A stretch of DNA of 34,857 nucleotides from Octopus bimaculoides (Eukaryota), in assembly GCF_001194135.2 (NCBI RefSeq), contig NC_068981.1:126629985-126664841 (forward strand). Reading direction: 5' to 3'. A model generated the notes under the pieces. The model ran no database searches. It saw only the letters and a list, made by a program, of their open reading frames with translations, and was not told where the DNA came from. Position 1 is the first letter of the stretch; every line of letters starts with the position of its first letter. A program made the translations under genes and the position numbers. Shown in pieces: positions 1 through 11,850 of this stretch.

Positions 1-86
1 ATCAGACGGTTAGCCATGATGGGTATACTGGGCTTCGTATATTTTACCCCAGTGTCACTTTGACGCTATGCAATGCTCTCTCACTC

Positions 87-151
<65 letters not shown>

Positions 152-170
152 TGATGATGATGATGATAAT
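1..170 (+). mobile_element. 3' end of a retroposon (SINE/LINE-tail family) with (AAT)n/(GAT)n tail
   Basis: 1-38 is the reverse complement of ~5002-5040 (acgaagcccaatatacccatcataactacccgtccgat). The copy runs into (AAT)n at ~88-147. Confidence 0.65.
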
Positions 171-175
171 AATCA

Positions 176-434
176 ATAAAATTTATTTCTATTTTCAAAG
201 TGAAATGATGTATTTTAACTGTGTATCATCTCTATCGCTCGCACAACATGTGTAAATACATTCGCCACACTGACAAAGTGTTGGACTTTATCTGACTAAG
301 TAATACTCATTAAAAGTATTGGACTATATTCGAGTGATACTCATTAAAATTTATTTCTATTTTCAAAATGAAATGATGTATTTTAACTGTGTATCATCTC
401 CATCACTCACACAACACGTGTAAATACGCTCGTC
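176..434. repeat. ~90-bp direct repeat, two copies with ~169-bp period
   Basis: taaaatttatttctattttcaaa(g/a)tgaaatgatgtattttaactgtgtatcatctc... occurs at ~177 and ~346. The spacer holds two sub-repeats ending gt(a/g)atactcattaaaa. Confidence 0.85.
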
Positions 435-439
435 ACATT

Positions 440-2954
440 ACGGTCCAATCAACATCAGACCGTCTCCGTCCCCAACCACCATACACACACAAAAAAAATA
501 GAAAAATAAATTAGATAATACCCGTTTTATTCAACCCAAGGATAACAAACGGGAAATACGTACTTTAAACTTGTTACACAAAAAGTACGAAAAACTACAC
601 CTGCAAAAGTATTTAGCACCAGAAATGAACGGACCGGTACCCTACGAAAGTGACGACCATCAAAATAAAGGACTGGATGTTATTCCTCATGTTCAGCAAA
701 TAAAATCAAAAATGTATACATGGACATGTGAGGAATATATTTCAGTCTTACACGCTTATTTTACAGCAGTGCTCTACCCACAGAACGAAAACACAACATA
801 TACATATAAAATTTGGAAGAATAACCTAGATAAAGATTTGGATACAGCAACGAACCCTAATAAACTAGCTAACATACAGAGACATACAGAGATATATTCT
901 CAAAACAAAACAAAAAATATCAGAAATAGAAATAGAACACTTGAAAGGAAAAATTCATCAGGAAAACGTAGATAGTAACCAAACAGCAAAGCACTAGAAC
1001 TGTAAAATACAAAAACAGACGTAATATGTCCAACAAAAACGAAGTAAACAACGTAAGACAACAAACCCATACCGTAGGAATGTATAATGATGAACTAAAT
1101 GCCAAATCTAAAACCTGGAAACAGTGAAGGTGAAACTAATGATTATGATATTCTAAAATTAGTATAATCAGAGAATTGAAAGCCACAGATCTCAATATGG
1201 ACCACCGATTGTACCTTCCAAACATTTAAATTGATAATAAAACAATATCAATAATAAATAACATGAACCTGGCCGTTACAGAACTAATAGCCACAAAAAC
1301 AAATGTCAATATGACCAGGTGAAATTATATAATATATGCAGCAGCATCTATGGCCACAAAAGAAGCTGGATATTCCCTAAAACCCATCCAAACAGGAGTA
1401 TCACCACCCAAACAAACTCTGTGGATAAATAATATCCAGGAAAAAAAAATTGAAAATAAAAGAAAGGATCTGTCAATCCTTAATGAAACTAGTAGACAAT
1501 TAACACTACTAAGCAATAAGAAGAGAAGAAAAATTTACGTAAAGACAAAATTACAGAAAAAGGTATACTTGAGATAAAAGAACAGCTAAAGCAAGATGTC
1601 TTCGCCAAAGCACAAAGAATCCTCTGGTATGAGAAACGCCAAAGCTTCTTTGAACAAAACAAACAGTCCACTCTAACTCCAAAAGATTCTACCAAGAACT
1701 TGGCAAAAATAAAATAGAGATCAATGTAGCACCAACAGCAGAAGAAGTGGAAGAAGTTTGGAAAGAAATATGAAGGAACAACCTTAGAAAAGATCTATCA
1801 AAACAACAAACACAGCACCTGAACAACTCTGGATTCCTATAACAACTGAAGAAGTCACCCAGGCACTGCAAAAACTAAGCAACTCGAATGGTACCCAGGT
1901 TCGACATGATCCCAACTTCTGGTTAAAATATCTAACAGAAATACATAAAACGCTGGCTAAGAAATTTAATGAAATACTAGCAAAGCCAGAGACAATGCCA
2001 GAATGGCTCACGGAAGGGAAAACCATCCTAATTCCCAAATCCTCTGAAACGGCAAGCCCACAAAATTACAGACCGATAACTTGTCTCCCTACAATTTACA
2101 AAGCCTTTACTGCAATAATATCGCAGAGACTGAGCCAACATCTGGAAGAAAACAATCTGTTTCCAGAAGAGCAGAAGAGATGCTGTAAAGATCAGCTGCT
2201 GATCAATAAAGCCATAACTGAAGACAGCCGCAGAAAGAAGACGGGTCTAAGTATGGCTTGAATCGATTATCGAAAAGTTTTTGATAGTATTCCCCACACA
2301 TCGATCCTAGAAACACTAGCCATGAACAAGGTAGTACCAATAATCATAAAATATATAAAACATTCCATGAATAAATGGCAGACAGTGTCACAACTCCAGA
2401 CGAAAGAGGAACTCATAGAAACCAAAGCCATCCCCATTAGAAGAGAAATGTTCCAGAGAGATACGCTCTCTTCACTCCTTTTCTGCTAGGTACTGACACT
2501 TTTAGGTGACATGTTAAACAGAACTGGATGGCAATGTTTCTCTAAAAGAAACGGAGAAACTTTCAAAATACAAAGATCTGGAAAAAGAGGTAACTCGAAT
2601 GAGGAGCCTAAAAACAGAAATAATTACTATTATAGTAGGCGCATTAGGTATGATAATTAAAAACATTCAGACAAATACATAACAAAAACACCAGGACTTA
2701 CAATTATATATAACATACAGAAAATAGTACTACTGGGAACACAGCAATACAGCACATATCCTACGAAATCCACTTTCAATACAGTGAAAATAAGAACACC
2801 ACAATAAACCACAGCACATACCCAAGACACAAAGCTTATAATGTGCGGAAAGAGACCCTGTGAGACTTCTGACAGCAGAATGCTGTCCGTTCTCACAGAA
2901 TCTACCAGAGTAAACAAGATCGAGCGCTATGATAAGTAAAACAATAATAATAAT
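440..2954 (+). mobile_element. Degenerate RLE-type non-LTR retrotransposon (R4/Dong-like), 5' region retained, large internal deletion
   Basis: N-terminal domain in ORF 571-975 (YTWTCEEYISVLHAY...NKLAN). RT motifs PEWLTEGKTILIPK, NYRPITCLPTIYK, KDQLLINK, *IDYRKVFDSIPH, FQRDTLS (1995-2520). At ~2527 it jumps to the C-terminal EKLSKYKDLEKEVTRM...IIVGALG...IQKIVLLGT segment. Ends in aacaataataataat. The 5' boundary is approximate. Confidence 0.9.
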
Positions 2955-3671
2955 TAGTTTGCTCGGTTATGGCTAAATAACTCTGGAGGCCATTATGTAA
3001 TATGCATTATATAATGGACATGACTATATCATTGTTCTCATCCATGTCTTCAAACGAGATATTTGATTTGCCAGCACACGTTGTTGAAACGATTGTAAAC
3101 CATGGAATAAATGTAATACCAGCTACTCCATTCTTCATTTACATCTCAGAGAAATAGCGATGCTAACACAATTTGCATGTAAAATAAATTGCATTAGTTA
3201 TTTTGTCTCCACCTCGAGAGTTGGTAGAAACTTGAGAAGTTGTTATTTTTAGACCAAATGTTACAGTAACATTACATATTATTTCGTACTATATTGTACT
3301 CTGAATAAACATAAATATGCGAGTATGTGTGTGGATATGTATGTGTAGGTATGTCGAGTGCTAAATGATGCAGTGTGGTAAATTTCTTTGTCAGTCTGTC
3401 ATTCGTATGACTGTGCCTACCTGCAATCCAGTTTACCACGCATCATTTCCAGTAAATGAAAATTTCAAGGTTTATACTTTATTCCTCATCTTTGTTGCTA
3501 ACAAAAGAATCATATGAATATTATTATCACTAAACTTTTGAGCAGAGCGAAAATTTCAGTTACTGTAAAGATAATACAAAGTATGGGCGGATTATAGCTA
3601 AAGCAGACAAGTCAATTAAATTTGCGAGCTTTATTATCTATCTTTATCATAGTCTGTTTAATCATTTCATC

Positions 3672-3790
3672 TAAATAGCTTGGGTATCGTGATGGTGTTA
3701 GGTTTTCAGAAATAGTATCATCAGAAGTGGCATTATATTTTTGCTTTTGATTGTTGAACAGTGCTGTAAATTATTAAACAATGAAGTTAG
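3672..3790 (-). repeat. Unclassified interspersed repeat, inverted relative to 4648-4760
   Basis: Reverse complement reads cagcactgttcaacaatcaaaagcaaaaatataatgccacttctgatgatactatttctgaaaacc, matching ctgcactgttctacagtcaaaagcgaaaatataatgccacctctgatgatagtgttcctgaaaacc at ~4665-4730. Confidence 0.75.
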
Positions 3791-4027
3791 CAAATGAATT
3801 TAATCCTTTAAAATGTATCCTCCCTTGTAGTTTTGTAGACGGCAACTTATGGCTAGATTTACACACTGAATTTATAAAGGTTTGGTGTGTCCTGTCTTTA
3901 ATTTAAAAACTAATAGGTTTGCTTTTATTTACGTCTGTCTATCTATCTATCTATCTATCTATCTATATACATATATATGTGTGTGTGTGTATGTGTAAGT
4001 ATATGCATATATATATATATATATATA

Positions 4028-4527
4028 NNNNNNNNNNNNNNNNNNNNNNNNNNNNNNNNNNNNNNNNNNNNNNNNNNNNNNNNNNNNNNNNNNNNNNNNN
4101 NNNNNNNNNNNNNNNNNNNNNNNNNNNNNNNNNNNNNNNNNNNNNNNNNNNNNNNNNNNNNNNNNNNNNNNNNNNNNNNNNNNNNNNNNNNNNNNNNNNN
4201 NNNNNNNNNNNNNNNNNNNNNNNNNNNNNNNNNNNNNNNNNNNNNNNNNNNNNNNNNNNNNNNNNNNNNNNNNNNNNNNNNNNNNNNNNNNNNNNNNNNN
4301 NNNNNNNNNNNNNNNNNNNNNNNNNNNNNNNNNNNNNNNNNNNNNNNNNNNNNNNNNNNNNNNNNNNNNNNNNNNNNNNNNNNNNNNNNNNNNNNNNNNN
4401 NNNNNNNNNNNNNNNNNNNNNNNNNNNNNNNNNNNNNNNNNNNNNNNNNNNNNNNNNNNNNNNNNNNNNNNNNNNNNNNNNNNNNNNNNNNNNNNNNNNN
4501 NNNNNNNNNNNNNNNNNNNNNNNNNNN
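4028..4527. other. Assembly gap (500 N)
   Basis: N run between (TA)n and (TG)n. Other gaps: 9166-9265, 23932-23979, 24669-24947, 30880-30996, 31652-31740. Confidence 1.
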
Positions 4528-4647
4528 TGTGTGTGTGTAGGTGCGTGGCTTAGTAGTTAGTTATAAAATTGTGACTGCGATTCCTGCACCGGGCGATGCG
4601 TTGTGTTTTGACCAAATCACTTTCAGTTTACGTTCATTTATTTTCTT

Positions 4648-4760
4648 TATTGTTCAATAATTCACTGCACTGTTCTACAGTCAAAAGCGAAAATATAATG
4701 CCACCTCTGATGATAGTGTTCCTGAAAACCTGACAAAATAATGATGCTGAGCCATTTCAC
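4648..4760 (+). repeat. Second copy of the unclassified repeat, lying between two pieces of a tRNA-derived SINE (~4540-4635 and ~4765-4800)
   Basis: Matches 3672-3790 inverted. The SINE head lies upstream (gtggcttagtagttag...gattcc...ttgtgttttgacc) and the SINE core resumes downstream (ctccagtccactcagct). Confidence 0.6.
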
Positions 4761-4991
4761 ATTTCTCCAGTCCACTCAGCTAACAAAAAATGTGTACTCC
4801 TGCGACCAACCGTCCAGGGGAAGAATATCTACGCCACAGAATCCGGAAATCTATCCGTATTAGAAAGACATTTGATCCTATTTTGATATATATGTGTGCG
4901 GGAATGCGTGTGTATGTGTGTGCGCTTGTGCGTGCTCTTGTGCGTCTGTACGTGCGCGCGCGCGTGTGTGTATGGATGTACGTATGTATGA

Positions 4992-5420
4992 GTGACACCG
5001 GGTTACAAATACACGAAGCCCAATATACCCATCATAACTACCCGTCCGATAAGTACATCACAATAATATATGCACGACATGGTGACCTCATATCAAGATA
5101 AACAGCGCATAACCTTGCAGGTGGGGCCCAGCTAGAATTTTCTCCAGGTCGAGTAGCCCATTTCACTCAAAAGGTTTCTGAATAAAGTTTGTTTAAGGAT
5201 GATGAACGAAACATCAATGTTCCGGAGGTATATTATTCAAACTACAAAGAATTCTTCTCAGCACATGGCTATAATACTCCTCCACTACTCCTGCTGGTGA
5301 TCGGAGATGCACATATCGTCAGCCGCCAAGAAACATACATACTCAACAGATTATGGTCAAGCAACTGGCTGGCAAATTTGTGGTACTGAGCAGGATATTT
5401 ACTGTGACCCATCTTTTTTA
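4992..5420 (-). mobile_element. Retroposon 3' segment, same family as 1-87
   Basis: Shares the ~40-nt terminal block with the window start in inverted orientation. Bounded by (TATG)n tracts and has no recognisable ORF. Confidence 0.6.
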
Positions 5421-5517
5421 TATATTTATGTATGTATGTTTGTATGTATGTACGTCTGTATGTATGTATTAAGTATATACATGTGTATACATATATAAAT
5501 GTATGTCTAAGTGTGTA

Positions 5518-5551
<34 letters not shown>

Positions 5552-6224
5552 CATACATATGTGTGTGTGTATACGCGCATGCGTGTGCATATACCTTTTC
5601 TTCCCAGTTATATAAAAAGGGGCTTCGACGATGTTGGCTTGCACTTTGTATAGTGCATTTCTCTCAGTTCACCTTCAACTCTACTATGCCAGGTGTTCTC
5701 TGGCCCTCTAGGTATTCACTTTCCATCGCCCTCGTTTAAAATCATTAAATGTTATGATGCATTTCAAATATAAAATGAAGTTACGTTATTATAGTCTCTT
5801 CTTTCTTTTTTTCTTTGATAAAATTATGCGAAAATGAAATAATATCGGAATCAAACTAGTAATGAGCAATAAGTTAAGTTTCGGGCGTATTAAATTTGCG
5901 AGATTGTTCCCATCGTAAATGAATTTAGTTCCCCTGAGCATAGCGGAAATTTCAATCACTGGAAAGATAATATGAAACTTGAGGAGATATATGCTACTGC
6001 ACATTTCATGACAACCATTATAAGATAAATTAACCTATAACGATTTATTTTAGTACCTTTAGATAAAGTAATACGCTTCCTTGAAACAAATTCCACCAGC
6101 TGCTAACAAGGATAATGAAATATTATGGTCCGATAATTATAAATTATAATCTAAAAATATCTCATCATTACTTTTAAATATCCTGCAAAAGATGTTTATT
6201 TAATTAAAAATCACAAATAAGATC

Positions 6225-6500
6225 TGGCACTCCGTCGGTTACGACGACGTGAGGTCCAGTTGATCCCCTCAATAGAACAGCCTGCTTGTGAAATTATTGT
6301 GGCTGAGTACTCCACAAACAAGCGCACTCTTAATGTGACACAGAATGTGGCAAGGTTGGCCTTTGAAATACAGGTACTACTCACTTTTGTCAGTTGAGTG
6401 GACTAGAGCAATGTGAAATAAAACGTCTTACTCAAGGTCACATTGCGCTGCCGGGAATCGAACTCACGATCCAAATACCCTAACCACTAAGCCACGCGCC
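6225..6500 (-). mobile_element. tRNA-derived SINE, near full length (family 1)
   Basis: Minus strand begins ggcgcgTGGCTTAGTGGttagggtat...GTTCGATTCCc (Pol III A and B boxes), followed by the core ccttgagtaagac...ctagtccactcaactg. Confidence 0.85.
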
Positions 6501-7044
6501 TTCACTAAAGATCACAGACAGAAACTATCTAAAACATAAAGAAATAAGAAAAATAAATATTGCATCCAATTTCTCTGTGAAATAATTGCTTAGAATATTC
6601 TGGATACTGTTATAATCAACTGACAGAGTTTGCGTATATATATGGAAAATGCAGTAAATTCCACATGTTTCCATTTACCTAGTTATAGGGAATATATAAC
6701 AGATCCCATAGAATTTTTCACCTGTGATATATTACACCGTACAGATGAAACAAGGGAGGCAGCAGTATTAGCAAAGGTATCATTATCAGATACTCTGCAA
6801 TTTGGTGCCAATGAAGGGCAATGGAAAATACAGATTAACACACACACATACACGCGCACGCACACACACGTATGTATTTATATATGTATGCGTATTTCTC
6901 TCTCTCTCTCTCTCTCTCCATATACATATACATACATACATACATACATACATACATACATACATACATACATACATAATGCATACCTACCTACCTACAT
7001 ACCTACATACATACATACATACATACATACATACACACATATAC

Positions 7045-8905
7045 ATATTCCAAGGAGACAGCCTCTCTGTGATGTTGTTTATACTTTCTGTAAATCCCTT
7101 GTCATTCATGTTAAGAAAGTCTGGAGGATATTTCATTGATTCACAAGGAAACAGAAATACCAAACTTACACACTGTTTCTTTGTGGATGACTTAAAACTT
7201 TATGCAAAGAATATGCATGAGATGAAAAAGAGCCATTCTCAAATGATGTAGGGTAGGTGTTTGGTCTGGATAAATGTTGTTATATTGTTGTGAAAAGGGG
7301 GAAAACTATAAACCAGACTAGTAACATCTCCATCAATGATTTGATTGCTTCCTCTATATTTGACGAGGAATGTTACAGGTATCTAGGGATGGATGAAAAC
7401 ATATCTTACAATTGCACCTGTAACAAAACACGTGTCACTAAAGAATATTACAGCCGAGTACAGAAAATTTGGACCTCAGAACTCTCTGTATTCAATAAAG
7501 CAGTGGCCCACAATCTGTTTGCTGTACTAGTACTCATACCAACATTTGAGCTGCTTGATTGGACGTTTGATGAGATCCGAGCCGTTGATGTGAAAACCCG
7601 AAAAATACTAACAAGCACACATAATTTCTACATAAATAGTGACGTAGAACTAAAAGAAGGCGGCAGAAGCTTAACATCGATCCAAAATGCCTCTGAATAT
7701 CGTATCATATCCCTTCGGCAACATCTTTTAACCAAATGTCAAAGTGCACCCCTTGACCAAATTTGCATCCATGAGGCTGATAACATCATAAGACTTGGAA
7801 GGCAGCTCCTTGAGCAACATTCCTTGTTTGATAACCTAGAACACATGCCCAAAGAAGTCGCACGACTCTACAGCAACGTATCATCAGATGAAAGGATGAG
7901 CCTATATAAGCAGAAGACTATGCATGGATATGTTAGTAGAAAGCTCTGAGATGATAGTAACATTGATCATCAAAGCAGTTTATCATGGACCAATTGCCAC
8001 ATTACTACCTCCCACTTTGAAGGGTATGCGCTTGCAATCCAGGAACAGGAAATATCAACCAAGTACCTGATATACTAAAAACATAGATTCGCAGGAAAAG
8101 CAGTAAAATGTGACAACCGATGCAGACTTGTGGAGTTCACACTGAAGATATCACCCACGTCATAAGCAGTTGTTCGAAAATGCCATCACGGTATTACCTA
8201 CCGATGAGACATGATGTGGTAGCTAGGATACTCTATAATGAAATCCGTCGGAAGAATAATCCCTAGGACAAAGAAATAAGAAGCCACAATATGGTAGAAG
8301 CCATAGCCACTCATATTAAAAAAGAATACTGGTGGAATGTCCCAGTGAAGACCTCAATAAAATGTAAGCACAACAGACCTGATATAATGATTTGGGATAG
8401 AGAAGAGAAACTGCCCACGGTTGTGAAAATTAGCTGCCCAGCGGATGTTAACGTAAAGCTGAAGATCAATGAAAAAAAGAACACTTACACTGAACTATTG
8501 AGAAATCTTCAGTTACTGTATTAAGATTACAAGTTCAGGTTTATACCTGTAATTATTGGGACACTGCGATATGTAACACGCTGCCTGAATACCAATCTTG
8601 AGGAATTAGGCTTCTCGAAACCAGAAAGGAGAAAGCTAATTCGAAGACTGCTTGTCCAATCCATCACTGGAACTGTAAAAATCTGTAAAACTTTCCAGAA
8701 GTTTATCACTTAAATATATATGAGCATATCTAGATGCATGAGAATACACATATAAAGCAAAATACACAAATTTGCACATATACATACATACAAACAAAAA
8801 TAACCAGTTGTTGATGTTGAAATTTCAATGAATGAGCCTTGAATCTATGTTCGAAATCGACTCTCTCTATTGGTAAAAAATCATGAAATAAAACTGAACA
8901 ATGAC
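7045..8905 (+). mobile_element. 5'-truncated degenerate RLE-type non-LTR retrotransposon (R4/Dong-like) embedded in (CATA)n
   Basis: Begins at IFQGDSLS, then HCFFVDDLKLY and FGLDKC (RT). CCHC-like knuckle (CRL...EDITHVISSC), RHD, then RPDIMIWD...KISCP (PD-(D/E)xK endonuclease). Stop at 8711-8713, then ~190 nt 3' UTR. (CATA)n on both flanks. Confidence 0.92.
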
Positions 8906-8980
8906 ATGCATACATACATACATACATACAAAATACAAATACATGCATACATGCATACATACATACCTACATACACTCTC

Positions 8981-9125
8981 ACATGACCTAGTGGCTAAGG
9001 TGTTGCACTATCGATTGCAACAGCGTGAGTTAGATTCCCGGACAGGGTGGCGCGTTGTGTTCTTGAGCAAAGCTCTTCATTTCACCTTGCTCTGAGATTA
9101 CTTCGACATTTGATACCTGTCATAC
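8981..9125 (+). mobile_element. tRNA-derived SINE 5' fragment (family 1)
   Basis: tagtggctaagg...gagttagattcccgg...gcgttgtgttcttgagcaaagc matches the head and core of 6225-6500. Confidence 0.7.
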
Positions 9126-9911
9126 TTGTGCATATGTGTGGTTGTTCCGCAAGAATTTACAGTACNNNNNNNNNNNNNNNNNNNNNNNNNNNNNNNNNNN
9201 NNNNNNNNNNNNNNNNNNNNNNNNNNNNNNNNNNNNNNNNNNNNNNNNNNNNNNNNNNNNNNNNNGTGTGTGTGTGTGTGTGTGTGTGTGCGTGCATGCA
9301 TGTATGTATACATGTATGCATGTATGCATGTATGCATGCATGTATGTGAGTGTGACTTTAAACTGGCGTGTAAAACGACCTCTTAACCACGAAATCCCAG
9401 GTCTATTTTGATTCGGAATTGTAATACCTGTCAGGGTCCTAGCTATGGGTAAACTAGTATATGTAATGAAATTCCATCTGAGCATGAGAATGCAGAAATA
9501 CCTTTGGTTGATGTCAGGGTACGAAGTAAACCATCGGTAGTTGTTACATCATCTATCTAGGAGAGAGACAGACTGATGGAAAACCTGCGATTTCTCATAA
9601 TTACTGGTTATTTCCATTCAACCTGATCGTGGAAACTCAGAGGATGGCACTCGTATTCTACAAGTGTTTATCAATATAATCCAATGATGTACAAATGTCT
9701 CTTTATGGTGATCTCTACTGAAAGTCCTATAATGTTAGAAAAGTGGCAACGTGCGCAGAGTTAACCAGTGGGAAACACACAGTGAGTTACAACTTTTCTC
9801 TATCGCCTATACTTCTGAGAGGTCAGGGATGGAAAATCAGAAATGTCATTGACAACAAGGAAGCACAAGGAGATGGAGCAATCACTATATATGCATTTAT
9901 ATATATATATA

Positions 9912-11139
9912 CAGGATGGGTAAGATATTTGAGGACAGAATTATGTTTATTAAAAAAAAAACAGATACATAATAACAAATAACTTTATTTATCGAAAAAT
10001 ACTATGAGGATAAAAAAAAAAACTTTCTTTTCTATAATGTTATTCAATAAAGCTACCTTCAGCTTCAACAACTGCTTCTATATGAGATCTAAATCATTTA
10101 CATGCTCGAATCAAGTGGTCCTTGTTCATTTTGGATATTACTCTGACTATGCCACCTTTCAAAGAATCTTTGGTATTATGGACGTGTTCATTGACTTCTG
10201 TCTCAACAACACTCCACATGTAATAGTTCAATGGATTAAGATCTGGGGAATTAGGTGACCGAATGCTAGGGATTATGTGATCATGAAAATTTTCAGCCAT
10301 CCATTCCTGTGTTACTAGAGCCATGTGTGATAGTGCAGAGTCTTACTGAAACGCATATGGCCTTCCATTGCATACACTGTCTATCCAGGGCTTAACAATT
10401 ATTTCCAGAACCTCAATGTAGGCGGCAGAGTTAACTCTAAGGTCTTGTGGAAAGAAGTAAGGCGGCATCACATGTCCTTCATTGCTGACAACTCCTAAAA
10501 CCATGACAGTTTCAGGAAATTTTGTATGCATAACGCTTGGAACTTCAGAAGGGTCTGCACATAACCATCTGTCATTTCTTCTGCTAACTTTTTGATCTTG
10601 GTCGAAGGTTTTCTCGTTTGAGAAAAAACAAATCAAATCTTCTTTCAGTTTGTTTAAGATCCTTTTAGATCTGATGTAGTGATTTTCTTTTGCTTTTTTT
10701 GACAAATTGACCTTTCTTCATCATATAAGACTTATATCTGATGTCTTCGTGGACAACATTTCTGACTGTTCCTTCTGACACATGGATATCTTTTGCAATT
10801 GTCCTCATGGATTTTCTGGAATTATAATCAATGATCTGTTCAATTTGCTGGATAAATTCAAGTGTTCTGATGGTTTCAAAGCGTTTAGAATGTTTTTTAT
10901 GCTTTGATACTGGTGATAGACTACCACCTTCAGTCTCTAACTCTTTACAAACTTTGTAGACGAAAGATCGAGATATTTCTAAATCGTTATGCTTAGCTTT
11001 TATAACCACAATAACAGCATGCTTCTTCATTTCTTTAGAAAGCTGAAGGTCTGGCATTATTATTTTCTAAAACAAAGATTATACAGAGTTAGCAAAAAAT
11101 GCAGCAATGGCCCCAAAAAAAGGTATGTCCTCAAACACC

Positions 11140-11142
<3 letters not shown>
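9912..11142 (-). mobile_element. Tc1/mariner superfamily transposon, DD37D (maT) type, inactive
   Basis: Frameshifted transposase in ORFs 11057-10665, 10705-10343 and 10324-10094. Triad remnants FFSNEK / FQ*DSA / SPDLNPLN, with 37 residues between D2 and the D3 position; D1 and D3 read Asn. Imperfect TIRs TA|caggatgggtaagatatttgaggaca and tgtcctcaaacaccctg|TA, both within (TA)n. Confidence 0.93.
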
Positions 11143-11180
<38 letters not shown>

Positions 11181-11649
11181 ATGTTATGTATGAATGTATG
11201 TATGTATGTATGTATTTTTGTATGTATGGCCTCCGAGAAAAAAATTGATAAGGTGAAGTAAAAGTATTTTCAGGCCCTAGGATGAGGCGGGGCCCTTCCA
11301 AAATTCTAGGCTGCTTACAGGATCCATCCTGGTTCTCTAGCCCCCACCTCACCATCGCCGATATACTAGTTGAACCCCACTCTCGGAAGCCTTGTGAAAG
11401 TGTGTGTGCGCGTGCGCGCGAGCGTGTGTATGTGTATGTATTTGTGTGCGTGTGTGTGTGTGTGTTCAGGTTCGATTCCTAGCTGTTGTTATTTCACTAC
11501 ATTCAATAATTCCCACGAAGGACAGGGGATGAATGAATGTTGTTCGCCAACAAGACACAAGTTTCCCTCCATTCACACTCTACTGCTTACCTTATTTCTT
11601 ACATTTTTAATAATTAATTTATGATAAATGACGAGAATGTCTCGTACAG

Positions 11650-11850
11650 TTGTGATTATTGCTGATTAGCTCTGATATCGAGTATATTTACAATCAAATA
11701 CATTCCAGTTGTGGCCATCCCATCCCATCCTTTCGTACAGCATATCAAGGGTTTCTTTAGCCAATGTGTTTTTAAGACGGAGCAGTATTATTCAAAGCGC
11801 ATTTGGCTGTTATTTCTAGCACGGCGTTCGACTGCCATAGAACCACCTTC
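11650..11850 (+). mobile_element. Short interspersed repeat (family 4: (GTT)n-led, ...caggtcagc(t/c)ctgatcgag...gctatttctagc)
   Basis: Aligns by eye with 16790-17025 and with inverted copies at 18689-19070. Shorter pieces at ~20215-20350(-), 21785-21860, 22005-22100, 22290-22380, 23505-23570. Confidence 0.55.

Noticed and set aside
4700-4735. CTGATGA...GAAA here and at ~3700-3730 (minus) as hammerheads
   Set aside because: There is no helix II pairing, no helix III or UH triplet after GAAA, and no helix I partner.
6440-6500. tRNA gene
   Set aside because: A and B boxes are present but the anticodon arm region is shortened and it continues into a SINE body, so it is a SINE head.
6630-6836. 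Non-repetitive start of ORF 6630-7139 as a host exon
   Set aside because: No domain similarity that I recognise, and the ORF is long only because it reads through microsatellite.
8826-8873. Hammerhead-like layout in the LINE 3' UTR (also 31928-31976)
   Set aside because: The core reads AUGAAUGA or AUGAAGGA rather than CUGANGA. More likely an ordinary 3' UTR stem-loop.
440-8905. The two RLE LINEs as halves of one interrupted element
   Set aside because: Both contain the FQ(G/R)D(S/T)LS motif, each has its own dissimilar C-terminus, and their tails differ (AAT versus CATA), so they are separate families.
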